DNA from: Eledone cirrhosa
Lineage: Eukaryota
Reading direction: 5' to 3'
Assembly (NCBI GenBank): GCA_964016885.1
Contig: OZ024744.1
Span: forward strand, 27,094,001-27,158,000
Length of the DNA: 64,000 nucleotides
In this document: piece by piece, positions 39,301 to 52,900 of the stretch
How positions within the stretch are numbered: position 1 is the first letter of the stretch
How the letters are laid out: each line of letters begins with the position of its first letter
Position numbers and translations under genes: made by a program
Notes under the pieces: model-generated
What the model was told of the DNA's origin: nothing
The model's input: only the letters and a program-made list of their open reading frames with translations
The model's database searches: none

Positions 39301-42300
39301 TGCATGTGGTGGTAAGGAGGGAGGTAACCTTAGGGCCAGGGACACCAGAAGTCTCCACTGTTACGGCTAGGCATCTCAGTGCATGTGGTGGTAAGGAGGG
39401 AGATAACCTTAGGGCCAAGGACACCAGAAGTCTCCACTGTTACGGCTAGGCATCTCAGTGCATGTGGTGGTAAGAAGGGAGGTAACCTTAGGGCCAGGGA
39501 CACCAGAAGTCTCCACTGCTACGGCTAGGCATCTCAGTGCATGTGGTGGTAAGAAGGAAGTAACCTTAGGGCCAGGGACACCAGAAGTCTCCACTGCTAC
39601 GGCTAGGCATCTCAGTGCATGTGGTGGTAAGAAGGGAGGTAACCTTAGGTCCAGGGACACCAGAAGTCTCCACTGCTACGGCTAGGCATCTCAGTTCATA
39701 TGGTGGTAAGAAGGGAGGTAACCTCAGGGCCAAGGACACCAGAAATCTCCACTGCTACGTCTAGGCATCTCAGTGCATGTGGTGGTAAGAAGGGAGGTAA
39801 CCTTAGGGCCAGGGACACCAGAAGTCACCACTGCTACGGCTAGGCATCTCAGTGCATGTGGTGGTAAGAAGGGAGGTAACCTTAGGGCCAGGTACACCAG
39901 AAGACTCCACTGTTACGGCTAGGAATCTCAGTGCATGTGGTGGTAAGGGGGAGGTAACCTTAGGGCCAGGGACACCAGAAGTCTCCACTGTTACGGCTAG
40001 GCATCTCAGTGCATGTGGTGGTAAGAAGGGAGGTACCTTAGGCCAAGGACACCAGAAGTCACCACTGCTACGGCTAGGCATCTCAGTGTATCTGGTGGTG
40101 AGAAGGGAGGTAACCTTAGGGCCAAGGACACCAGAAGTCTCCACTGTTACGGCTAGACATGTCAGTGCATGTGGTGGTAAGGAGGGAGATAACCTTAGGG
40201 CCAAGGACACCCGAAGTCTCCACTGTTACGGCTAGGCATGTCAGTGCATGTGGTGGTAAGAAGGGAGGTAACCTTAGGGCCAGGGACACCCGAAGTGTCC
40301 ACTGCTGCGGCTAGGCATCTCAGTGCATGTGGTGGTAAGAAGGGAGGTAACCTTAGGGCCAGGGACACCAGAAGTCTCCAGTGTTACGGCTAGGCATCTC
40401 AGTGCATGTGGTGGTAAGAAGGGAAGGAATCTTAGGGCCAGGGACACCAGAAGTCTCCACTGTTACGGCTAGGCATCTCAGTGCATGTGGTGGTAAGAAG
40501 GGAGGTAACCTTAGGTCCAAGGACACCAGAAGTCTCAACTGCTACCTCTAGGCATCTCAGTGCATGTGGTGGTAAGAAGGGAGATAATCTTAGGGCCAGG
40601 GACAGCAGAAGTCTCCACTGCTACGGCTAGGCATCTCAGTGCATGTGGTGGTAAGAAGGGAGGTAACCTTAGGGCCAGGGACACCAGAAGTCTACACTGT
40701 TACGGCTATGCATATCAGTGCATGTGGTGGTAAGTAGGGAGGTAACCTTAGGGCCAGGGACACCAGAAGACTCCACTGTTACGGCTAGGCATCTCAGTGC
40801 ATGTGGTGGTAAGAAGGGAGGGAACCTTAGGGCCAGGGACACCAGAAGTCTCCACTGTTACGGCTAGGCATCTCACTTCATGTGGTGGTAAGAAGGGAGG
40901 TAACCTTAGGGCCAAGGACACCAGAAGTCTCCACTGCTACGGCTAGGCATCTCAGTGCATGTGGTGGTAAAGAGGGAGGTAACCTTAGGGCCAAGGACAC
41001 CAGAAGTCACCACTGCTAAGGCTAGGCATCTCAGTGCATGTGGTGGTAAGAAGGGAGGTAACCTTAGGGCCAGAGACACCAGAAGACTCCACTGTTACGG
41101 CTAGGAATCTCAGTGCATGTGGTGGTAAGAGGGAGGTAACCTTAGGGCCAGGGACACCAGAAGACTCCACTGTTACGGCTAGGCATCTCAGTGCATGTGG
41201 TGGTAAGAAGGGAGGTAACCTTAGGCCAAGGACACCAGAAGTCACCACTGCTACGGCTAGGCATCTCAGTGCATGTGGTGGTAAGAAGGGAGGCAACCTT
41301 AAGGCCAAGGACACCAGAAGTCTCCACTGTTACGGCTAGGCATGTCAGTGCATGTGGTGGTAAGGAGGGAGATAGCCTTAGGGCCAAGGACACAAGAAGT
41401 CTCCACTGTTACGGCTAGGCATCTCAGTGCTTGTGGTGGTCAGAAGGGAGGTAACCTTAGGGCCAGGGACACCAGAAGTCTCCACTGTTACGGCTAGGCA
41501 TCTCAGTGCATGTGGTGGTAAGGAGGGAGATAACCTTAGGGCCAGGGACACCAGAAGACTCCACTGTTACGGCTAGGCATCCCAGTGCATGTGGTGGTAA
41601 ACAGGGAGGTAACCTTAGGGCCAGGGACACCAGACGTCTCCACTGCTACGGCTAGGTATCTCAGTGCATGTGGTGGTAAGAAGGGAGGTAACCTTAGGTC
41701 CAGGGACACCAGAAGTCTCCACTGCTACGGCTAGGCATCTCAGTTCATATGGTGGTAAGAAGGGAGGTAACCTTAGGGCCAAGGACACGAGAAGTCTCCA
41801 CTGTTACGGCTAGGCATCTCAGTGCATGTGGTGGTAAGAAGGGAGGTAACCTTAGGGCCAAGGACACCAGAAGTCTCCACTGCTACGGCTAGGCATCTCA
41901 GTGCATGTGGTGGTAAGAAGGGGGGTAACCTTAGGGCCAGGGACAGCAGAAATCTCCACTGCTACGGCTAGGCATCTCAGTGCATGTGGTGGTAAGAAGG
42001 GAGGTAACCTTAGGGCCAGGGACACCAGAAGTCTCCACTGTTACGGCTAGGCATCTCATTCATGTGGTGGTAAGAAGGGAGGTAACCTTAGGGCCAAGGA
42101 CACCAGAAGTCTCCACTGCTACGGCTAGGCATCTCAGTGCATGTGGTGGTAAGAAGGGAGGTAACCTTAGGGCCAGGGACACCAGAAGACTCCACTTTTA
42201 CGGCTAGGAATCTCAGTGCATGTGGTGGTAAGAGGGAGGTAACCTTAGGGCCAGGGACGCCAGAAGTCTCCACTGTTACGGCTAGGCATCTCAGTGCATG
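35260..42300 (+). repeat. Older ~49-monomer duplication (offset 3860 bp, rising to 4176 bp after a 4-monomer indel at ~40620-40940)
   Basis: ORF offsets 35549/39409, 35943/39803 and 36493/40353 equal 3860. Offsets 36809/40985 and 37804/41980 equal 4176 (3860 + 4x79). Shared variants include GGATAAGGATCTAAG, GCTACCTCTAGG and GTAAACAGGG. Confidence 0.82.
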
Positions 42301-43179
42301 TGGTGGTAAGAAGGGAGGTAACCTTAGGTCCAGGGACACCAGAAGTCTCCACTGCTACGGCTAGGCATCTCAGTTCATATGGTGTTTAGAAGGGAGGTAA
42401 CCTTAGGGCCAGGGACACCAGAAGTCTCCACTGTTACGGCTAGGCATCTCAGTGCATGTGGTGGTAAGAAGGGAGGTAACCTTAGGGCCAAGGACACCAG
42501 AAGTCTCCACTGCTACGGATAGGCATCCCTGTGCATGTGGTGGTAAGAAGGGAGGTAACCTTAGGGCCAGGGACAGCAGAAGTCTCCACTGCTACGGATA
42601 GGCATCTCAGTGCATGTTGTGGTAAGAAGGGAGGTAACCTTAGGGCCAGGGACACCAGAAGTCTACACTGTTAAAGCTAGGCATATCAGTGCATGCGGTG
42701 GTAAGAATGGAGGTAACCTTAGGGCCAGGGACACCAGAAGTCTCCAGTGTTACGGCTAGGCATCTCAGTGCATGTGGTGGTAAGAAGGGAGGTAACCTTA
42801 GGGCCAATGACACCAAAAGTCTCCACAGCTATGGCTAGGCATCTCAGTGCATGTGGTGGTAAGAAGGGAGGTAACCTTAGGGCCAAGGACACCAGAAGTC
42901 TCCACTGCTAAGGCTAGGCATCTCAGTGCATGTGGTGGTAAGAAGGGAAGGAACCTTAGGGCCAGGGACACCAGAAGTCTCCACTGTTACGCCTAGGCAT
43001 CTCAGTGCATGTGGTGGTAAGAAGGGAGGGAACCTTAGGGCCAGGGACACCAGAAGTCTCCACTGTTACGGCTAGGCATCTCAGTGCATGTGGTGGTAAG
43101 AAGGGAGGGAACCTTAGGTCCAGGGACACCAGAAGTCTCCACTGCTACGGCTAGGCATCTCAGTGCATGTGGTGGTAAG

Positions 43180-43950
43180 AAGGCAGGTAACCTTAGGGCC
43201 AGGGACACCAGAAGACTCCACTGTTACGGCTAGGCATCTCAGTGCATGTGGTGGTAAGAATGGAGGTAACCTTAGGGCCAGGGACACCAGAAGTCTCCAC
43301 TGTTACGGCTAGGCATCTCACTTCATGTGGTGGTAAGAAGGGAGGTAACCTTAGGGCCCAGGACACCAGAAGTCTCCACTGCTACGGCTAGGCATCTCAG
43401 TGCATGTGGTGGTAAGAAGGGAGGTAACCTTAGGGCCAGGGACACCAGAAGTCACCACTGCTACGGCTAGGCATCTCAGTGCATGTGGTGGTAAGAAGGG
43501 AGGTAACCTTAGGGCCAGGTACACCAGAAGACTCCACTGTTACGGCTAGGCATCTCAGTGCATGTGGTGGTAAGAAGGCAGCTAACCTTAGGGCCAGGGA
43601 TACCAGAAGACTCCACTGTTACGGCTAGGCATCTCAGTGCATGTGGTGGTAAGAATGGAGGTAACCTTAAAGCCAGGGACACCAGAAGTCTCCACTGTTA
43701 CGGCTAGGCATCTCACTTCATGTGGTGGTAAGAAGGGAGGTAACCTTAGGGCCAAGGACACCAGAAGTCTCCACTGCTACGGCTAGGCATCTCAGTGCAT
43801 GTGGTGGTAAGAAGGGAGGTAACCTTAGGGCCAGGGACACCAGAAGTCACCACTGCTACGGCTAGGCATCTCAGTGCATGTGGTGGTAAGAAGGGAGGTA
43901 ACCTTAGGGCCAGGTACACCAGAAGACTCCACTGTTACGGCTAGGAATCT
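43180..43950 (+). repeat. Local 5-monomer tandem duplication (period 395 bp)
   Basis: The series AAGGCAG, AATGGAG, CACTTCAT, TCACC, GGTACACC starts at ~43181 and repeats from ~43576. Confidence 0.75.
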
Positions 43951-46900
43951 CAGTGCATGTGGTGGTAAGAGGGAGGTAACCTTAGGGCCAGGGACACCAG
44001 AAGTCTCCACTGTTACGGCTAGGCATCTCAGTGCATGTGGTGGTAAGAGGGAGGTAACCTTAGGGCCAGGGACACCAGAAGTCTCCACTGTTACGGCTAG
44101 GCATCTCAGTGCATGTGGTGGTAAGAAGGGAGGTAACCTTAGGCCAAGGACACCAGAAGTCACCACTGCTACGGCTAGGCATCTCAGTGCATCTGGTGGT
44201 AAGAAGGGAGGTAACCTTAGGGCCAAGGACACCAGAAGTCTCCACTGCTACGGCTAGGCATCTCAGTGCATGTGGTGGTAAGAAGGGAGGTAACCTTAGG
44301 GCCAGGGACAGCAGAAATCTCCACTGCTACGGCTAGGCATCTCAGTGCATGTGGTGGTAAGAAGGGCGGTAACCTTAAGGCCAGGGACACCAGAAGTCTA
44401 CACTGTTACGGCTATGCATATCTGTGCATGTGGTGGTAAGAAGGGAGGTAACCTTAGGGACAGGGACACCAGAAGACTCCACTCTTACGGCTAGGCATCT
44501 CATTCATGTGGTGGTAAGAAGGGAGGTAACCTTAGGGCCAAGGACACCAGAAGTCTCCACTGCTACGGCTAGGCATCTCAGTGCATGTGGTGGTAAGAAG
44601 GGAGGTATCCTTAGGGCCAAGGACACCAGAAGTCACCACTGCTACGACTAGGCATCTCAGTGCATGTGGTGGTAAGAAGGGAGGTAACCTTAGGGCCAGG
44701 GACACCAGAAGACTCCACTTTTACGGCTAGGAATATCAGTGCATGTGGTGGTAAGAGAGAGGTAACCTTAGGGCCAGGGACGCCAGAAGTCTCCACTGTT
44801 ACGGCTAGGCATCTCAGTGCATGTGGTGGTAAGAGGGAGGTAACCTTAGGGCCAGGGACACCAGAAGTCTCCACTGTTACGGCTAGGCATCTCAGTGCAT
44901 GTGGTGGTAAGAAGGGAGGTAACCTTAGGCCAAGGACACCAGAAGTCACCACTGCTACGGCTAGGCATCTCAGTGCACCTGGTGGTAAGAAGGGAGGTAA
45001 CCTTAGGGCCAATGACACCAGAAGTCTCCACTGTTACGGCTAGGCATCTCAGTGCATGTGGTGGTAAGGAGGGAGATAACCTTAGGGCCAAGGACACAAG
45101 AAGTCTCCACTGTTACGGCTAGGCATCTCAGTGCATGTGGTGGTAAGAAGGGGGGTAACCTTAGGGCCAGGGCCACCAGAAGTCTCCACTGTTACGGCTA
45201 GGCATCTCAGTGCATGTGGTGGTAAGGAGGGAGATAACCTTAGGGCCAAGGACACCAGAAGTCTCCACTGTTACGGCTAGGCATCTCAGTGCATGTGGTG
45301 GTAAGAAGGGAGGTAACCTTAGGTCCAGGGACACCAGAAGTCTCCACTGCTACGGCTAGGCATCTCAGTTCATATGGTGTTTAGAAGGGAGGTAACCTTA
45401 GGGCCAGGGACACCAGAAATCTCCACTGTTACGGCTAGGCATCTCAGTGCATGTGGTGGTAAGAAGGGAGGTAACCTTAGGGCCAAGGACACCAGAAGTC
45501 TCCACTGCTACGGCTAGGCATCTCTGTGCATGTGGTGGTAAGAAGGGAGGTAACCTTAGGGCCAGGGACAGCAGAAGTCTCCACTGCTACGGATAGGCAT
45601 CTCAGTGCATGTGGTGGTAAGAAGGGAGGTAACCTTAGGGCCAGGGACACCAGAAGTCTACACTGTTACGGCTAGGCATATCAGTGCATGCGGTGGTAAG
45701 AATGGAGGTAACCTTAGGGCCAAGGACACCAGAAGTCTCCACTGTTACGGCTAGGCATGTCAGTGCATGTGGTGGTAAGAAGGGAGGGAACCTTAGGGCC
45801 AGGGACACCAGAAGTGTCCACTGCTACGGCTAGGCATCTCAGTGCATGTGGTGGTAAGAAGGGAGGTAACCTTAGGGCCAGGGACTCCAGAAGTCTCCAG
45901 TGTTACGGCTAGGCATCTCAGTGCATGTGGTGGTAAGAAGGGAGGTAACCTTAGGGCCAATGACACCAGAAGTCTCCACAGCTACGGCTAGGCATCTCAA
46001 TGCATGTGGTGGTAAGAAGGGAGGTAACCTTAGGGCCAAGGACACCAGAAGTCTCCACTGCTACGGATAGGCATCTCAGTGCATGTGGTGGTAAGAAGGG
46101 AAGGAACCTTAGGGCCAGGGACACCAGAAGTCTCCACTGCTCGGCTAGGCATCTCAGTGCATGTGGTGGTAAGAAGGGAGGTAACCTCAGGGCCAGGGAC
46201 ACCAGAAGTCACCACTGCTACGGCTAGGCATCTCAGTGCATGTGGTGGTAAGAAGGCAGTTAACGTTAGGGCCAGGGACACCAGAAGACTCCACTGTTAC
46301 GGCTAGGCATCTCAGTGCATGTGGTGGTAAGAATGGAGGTAACCTTAGGGCCAGGGACACCAGAAGTCTCCACTGTTACGGCTAGGCATCTCACTTCATG
46401 TGGTGGTAAGAAGGGAGGTAACCTTAGGGCCAAGGACACCAGAAGTCTCCACTGCTACGGCTAGGCATCTCAGTGCATGTGGTGGTAAGAAGGGAGGTAA
46501 CCTCAGGGCCATGGACACCAGAAGTCACCACTGCTACGGCTAGGCATCTCAGTGCATGTGGTGGTAAGAAGGGAGGTAACCTTAGGGCCAGGTACACCAG
46601 AAGACTCCACTGTTACGGCTAGGAATCTCAGTGCATGTGGTGGTAAGAGGGAGGTAACCTTAGGGCCAGGGACACCAGAAGTCTCCACTGTTACGGCTAG
46701 GCATCTCAGTGCATGTGGTGGTAAGAAGGAGGTAACCTTAGGGCCAGGGACACCAGAAGTCTCCACTGTTACGGCTAGGCATCTCAGTGCATGTGGTGGT
46801 AAGAAGGGAGGTAACCTTAGGCCAAGGACACCAGAAGTCACCACTGCTACGGCTAGGCATCTCAGTGCATCTGGTGGTAAGAAGGGAGGTAACCTTAGGG

Positions 46901-49900
46901 CCAAGGACACCAGAAGTCTCCACTGTTACGGCTAGGCATGTCAGTGCATGTGGTGGTAAGGAGGGTGATAACCTTAGGGCCAAGGACACCAGAAGTCTCC
47001 ACTGTTACGGCTAGGCATCTCAGTGCATGTGGTGGTAAGAAGGGAGGTAACCTTAGGGCCAGGGACACCAGAAGTCTCCACTGTTACGGCTAGGCATCTC
47101 AGTGCATGTGGTGGTAAGGAGGGAGATAACCTTAGGGCCAAGGACACCAGAAGTCTCCACTGTTACGGCTAGGCATCTCAGTGCATGTGGTGGTAAGAAG
47201 GGAGGTAACCTTAGGGCCAGGGACACCAGAAGTCTCCACTGCTACGGCTAGGCATCTCAGTGCATGTGGTGGTAAGAAGGAAGTAACCTTAGGGCCAGGG
47301 ACACCAGAAGTCTCCACTGCTACGGCTAGGCATCTCAGTGCATGTGGTGGTAAGAAGGGAGGTAACCTTAGGTCCAGGGACACCAGAAGTCTCCACTGCT
47401 ACGGCTAGGCATCTCAGTTCATATGGTGGTAAGAAGGGAGGTAACCTTAGGGCCAAGGACACCAGAAATCTCCACTGCTACGTCTAGGCATCTCAGTGCA
47501 TGTGGTGGTAAGAAGGGAGGTAACCTTAGGGCCAGGGACACCAGAAGTCACCACTGCTACGGCTAGGCATCTCAGTGCATGTGGTGGTAAGAAGGGAGGT
47601 AACCTTAGGGCCAGGTACACCAGAAGACTCCACTGTTACGGCTAGGAATCTCAGTGCATGTGGTGGTAAGAGGGAGGTAACCTTAGGGCCAGGGACACCA
47701 GAAGTCTCCACTGTTACGGCTAGGCATCTCAGTGCATGTGGTGGTAAGAAGGGAGGTAACCTTAGGCCAAGGTAAAACCAGAAGTCACCACTGCTACGGC
47801 TAGGCATCTCAGTGCATCTGGTGGTAAGAAGGGAGGTAACCTTAGGGCCAAGGACACCAGAAGTCTCCACTGTTACGGCTAGACATGTCAGTGCATGTGG
47901 TGGTAAGGAGGGAGATAATCTTAGGGCCAAGGACACCCTAAGTCTCCACTGTTACGGCTAGGCATGTCAGTGCATGTGGTGGTAAGAAGGGAGGTAACCT
48001 TAGGGCCAGGGACACCAGAAGTCTCCACTGCTACGGCTAGGCATCTCAGTGCATATGGTGGTAAGAAGGAAGTAACCTTAGGGCCAGGGACACCAGAAGT
48101 CTCCACTGCTACGGCTAGGCATCTCAGTGAATGTGGTGGTAAGAAGGGAGGTAACCTTAGGGCCAAGGACACCAGAAGTCTCCACTGTTACGGCTAGGCA
48201 TCTCAGTGCATGTGGTGGTAAGAAGGGAGGTAACCTTAGGGCCAGGGACACCAGAAGTCTACACTGTTACGGCTAGGCATATCAGTGCATGTGGTGGTAA
48301 GAAGGGAGGTAACCTTAGGGCCAGGGACACCAGAAGACTCCCCTGTTACGGCTAGGCATCTCAGTGCATATGGTGGTAAGAATGGAGGTAACCTTAGGGC
48401 CAGGGACACCAGAAGTCTCCACTGTTACGGCTAGGCATCTCACTTCATGTGGTGGTAAGAAGGGAGGTAACCTTAGGGCAAGGACACCTGAAGTCTCCAC
48501 TGCTACGGCTAGGCATCTCAGTGCATGTGGTGGTAAGAAGGGAGGTAACCTTAGGGCCAGGTACACCAGAAGACTCCACTGTTACGGCTAGGAATCTCAG
48601 TGCATGTGGTGGTAAGAAGGAGGTAACATTAGGGCCAGGGACACCAGAAGTCTCCACTGTTACGGCTAGGCATCTCAGTGCATGTGGTGGTAAGAGGGAG
48701 GTAACCTTAGGGCCAGGGACACCAGAAGTCTCCACTGTTACGGCTAGGCATCTCAGTGCATGTGGTGGTAAGAAGGGAGGTAATCTTAGGCCAAGGACAC
48801 CAGAAGTCACCACTGCTACGGCTAGGCATCTCAGTGCATGTGGTGGTAAGGAGGGAGATAACCTTAGGGCCAAGGACACCAGAAGTCTCCACTGTTACGG
48901 CTAGGCATGTCAGTGCATGTGGTGGTAAGGAGGGAGATAACCTTAGGGCCAAGGACACCAGAAGTCTCCACTGTTACGGCTAGGCATCTCAGTGCATGTG
49001 GTGGTAAGAAGGGAGGTAACCTTAGGGCCATGGACACCAGAAGTCTCCACTGTTACGGCTAGGCATCTCAGTGCATGTGGTGGTAAGAAGGGAGGTAACC
49101 TTAGGGCCAGGGTCACCAGAAGTCTCCACTGTTACGGCTAGGCATCTCACTTCATGTGGTGGTAAGAAGGGAGGTAACCTTAGGGCCAAGGACACCAGAA
49201 GTCTCCACTGTTACGGCTAGGCATCTCAGTGCATGTGGTGGTAAGAAGGGAGGTAACCTTAGGGCCAGGGACACCAGAAGTCACCACTGCTACGGCTAGG
49301 CATCTCAGTGCATGTGGTGGTAAGAAGGGAGGTTAACTTAGGGCCAAGGACACCAGAAGTCTCCACTGTTACGGCTAGGCATCTCAGTGCATGTGGTGGT
49401 AAGAAGGGAGGTAACCTTAGGGCCAGGGACACCAGAAGTCTACACTGTTACGGCTAGGCATATCAGTGCATGTGGTGGTAAGTACGGAGGTAACCTTAGG
49501 GCCAGGGACACCAGAAGACTCCAATGTTACGGCTAGGCATCTCAGTGCATGTGGTGGTAAGAAGGGAGGTAACCTTAGGGCCAGGGACACCAGAAGTCTC
49601 CACTGTTACGGCTAGGCATCTCAGTGCATGTGGTGGTAAGGAGGGAGATAACCTTAGGGCCAAGGACACCAGAAGTCTCCACTGTTACGGCTAGGCATCT
49701 CAGTGCATGTGGTGGTAAGAAGGGAGGTAACCTTAGGGCCAGGGACACCAGAAGTCTCCACTGATACGGCTAGGCATCTCAGTGCATGTGGTGGTAAGAA
49801 GGAAGTAACCTTAGGGCCAGGGACACCAGAAGTCTCCACTGCTACGGCTAGGCATCTCAGTGCATGTGGTGGTAAGAAGGGAGGTAACCTTAGGTCCAGG

Positions 49901-52900
49901 GACACCAGAAGTCTCCACTGCTACGGCTAGGCATCTCAGTTCATATGGTGGTAAGAAGGGAGGTAACCTTAGGGCCAAGGACACCAGAAATCTCCACTGC
50001 TACGTCTAGGCATTTCAGTGCATGTGGTGGTAAGAAGGGAGGTAACCTTAGGGCCAGGGACACCAGAAGTCACCACTGCTACGGCTAGGCATCTCAGTGC
50101 ATGTGGTGGTAAGAAGGGAGGTAACCTTAGGGCCAGGTACACCAGAAGACTCCACTGTTACGGCTAGGAATCTCAGTGCATGTGGTGGTAAGAGGGAGGT
50201 AACCTTAGGGCCAGGGACACCAGAAGTCTCCACTGTTACGGCTAGGCATCTCAGTGCATGTGGTGGTAAGAAGGGAGGTAACCTTAGGGCCAAGGACACC
50301 AGAAGTCTCCACTGTTACGGCTAGACATGTCAGTGCATCTGGTGGTAAGGAGGGAGATAACTTTAGGGCCAAGGACACCCGAAGTCTCCACTGTTACGGC
50401 TAGGCATGTCAGTGCATGTGGTGGTAAGAAAGGAGGTAACCTTAGGGCCAGGGACACCAGAAGTCTCCACTGCTACGGCTAGGCATCTCAGTGCATATGG
50501 TGGTAAGAAGGAAGTAACCTTAGGGCCAGGGACACCAGAAGTCTCCACTGCTACGGCTAGGCATCTCAGTGAATGTGGTGGTAAGAAGGGAGGTAACCTT
50601 AGGGCCAAGGACACCAGAAGTCTCCACTGTTACGGCTAGGTATCTCAGTGCATGTGGTGGTAAGAAGGGAGGTAACCTTAGGGCCAGGGACACCAGAAGT
50701 CTACACTGTTACGGCTAGGCATATCAGTGCATGTGGTGGTAAGAAGGGAGGTAACCTTAGGGCCAGGGACACCAGAAGTCACCACTGTTACGGCTAGGCA
50801 TCTCAGTGCATGTGGTGGTAAGAAGGGAGGTAACCTTAGGGCCAGGGACACCAGAAGTCTCCACTGTTACGGCTAGGCATCTCACTTCATGTGGTAGTAA
50901 GAAGGGAGGTAACCTTAGGGCCAAGGACACCTGAAGTCTCCACTGCTACGGCTAGGCATCTCAGTGCATGTGGTGGTAAGAAGGGAGGTAACCTTAGGGC
51001 CAGGTACACCAGAAGACTCCACTGTTACGGCTAGGAATCTCAGTGCATGTGGTGGTAAGAAGGAGGTAACCTTAGGGCCAGGGACACCAGAAGTCTCCAC
51101 TGTTACGGCTAGGCATCTCCGTGCATGTGGTGGTAAGAGGGAGGTAACCTTAGGGCCAGGGACACCTGAAGTCTCCACTGCTACGGCTAGGCATCTCAGT
51201 GCATGTGGTGGTAAGAAGGAAGTAACCTTAGGGCCAGGGACACCAGAAGTCTCCACTGCTACGGCTAGGCATCTCAGTGCATGTGGTGGTAAGAAGGGAG
51301 GTAACCTTAGGTCCAGGGACACCAGAAGTCTCCACTGCTACGGCTAGGCATCTCAGTTCATATGGTGGTAAGAAGGGAGGTAACCTTAGGGCCAAGGACA
51401 CCAGAAATCTCCACTGCTACGTCTAGGCATCTCAGTGCATGTGGTGGTAAGAAGGGAGGTAACCTTAGGGCCAGGGACACCAGAAGTCACCACTGCTACG
51501 GCTAGGCATCTCAGTGCATGTGGTGGTAAGAAGGGAGGTAACCTGAGGGCCAGGTACACCAGAAGATCCACTGTTACGGCTAGGAATCTCAGTGCATGTG
51601 GTGGTAAGAGGGAGGTAACCTTAGGGCCAGGGACACCAGAAGTCTCCACTGTTACGGCTAGGCATCTCAGTGCATGTGGTGGTAAGAAGGGAGGTAACCT
51701 TAGGCCAAGGACACCAGAAGTCACCACTGCTACGGCTAGGCATCTCAGTGCATCTGGTGGTAAGAAGGGAGGTAACCTTAGGGCCAAGGACACCAGAAGT
51801 CTACACTGTTACGGCTAGACATGTCAGTGCATGTGGTGGTAAGGAGGGAGATAACCTTAGGGCCAAGGACACCCGAAGTCTCCACTGTTACGGCTAGGCA
51901 TGTCAGTGCATGTGGTGGTAAGAAGGGAGGTAACCTTAGGGCCAGGGACACCAGAAGTCTCCACTGCTACGGCTAGGCTTCTCAGTGCATATGGTGGTAA
52001 GAAGGAAGTAACCTTAGGGCCAGGGACACCAGAAGTCTCCACTGCTACGGCTAGGCATCTCAGTGAATGTGGTGGTAAGAAGGGAGGTAACCTTAGGGCC
52101 AAGGACACCAGAAGTCTCCACTGTTACGGCTAGGCATCTCAGTGCATGTGGTGGTAAGAAGGGAGGTAACCTTAGGGCCAGGGACACCAGAAGTCTACAC
52201 TGTTACGGCTAGGCATATCAGTGCATGTGGTGGTAAGAAGGGAGGTAACCTTAGGGCCAGGGACACCAGAAGACTCCTCTGTTACGGCTAGGCATCTCAG
52301 TGCATGTGGTGGTAAGAAGGGAGGTAACCTTAGGGCCAGGGACACCAGAAGTCTCCACTGTTACGGCTAGGCATCTCACTTCATGTGGTGGTAAGAAGGG
52401 AGGTAACCTTAGGGCTAAGGACACCTGAAGTCTCCACTGCTACGGCTAGGCATCTCAGTGCATGTGGTGGTAAGAAGGGAGGTAACCTTAGGGCCAGGTA
52501 CACCAGAAGACTCCACTGTTACGGCTACGAATCTCAGTGCATGTGGTGGTAAGAAGGAGGTAACCTTAGGGCCAGGGACACCAGAAGTCTCCACTGTTAC
52601 GGCTAGGCATCTCAGTGCATGTGGTGGTAAGAGGGAGGTAACCTTAGGGCCAGGGACACCAGAAGTCTCCACTGTTACGGCTAGGCATCTCAGTGCATGT
52701 GGTGCTAAGAAGGGAGGTAATCTTAGGCCAAGGACACCAGAAGTCACCACTGCTACGGCTCGGCATCTCAGTGCATGTGGTGGTAAGGAGGGAGATAACC
52801 TTAGGGCCAAGGACACCAGAAGTCTCCACTGTTACGGCTAGGCATCTCAGTGCATGTGGTGGTAAGAAGGGAGGTAACCTTAGGGCCATGGACACCAGAA

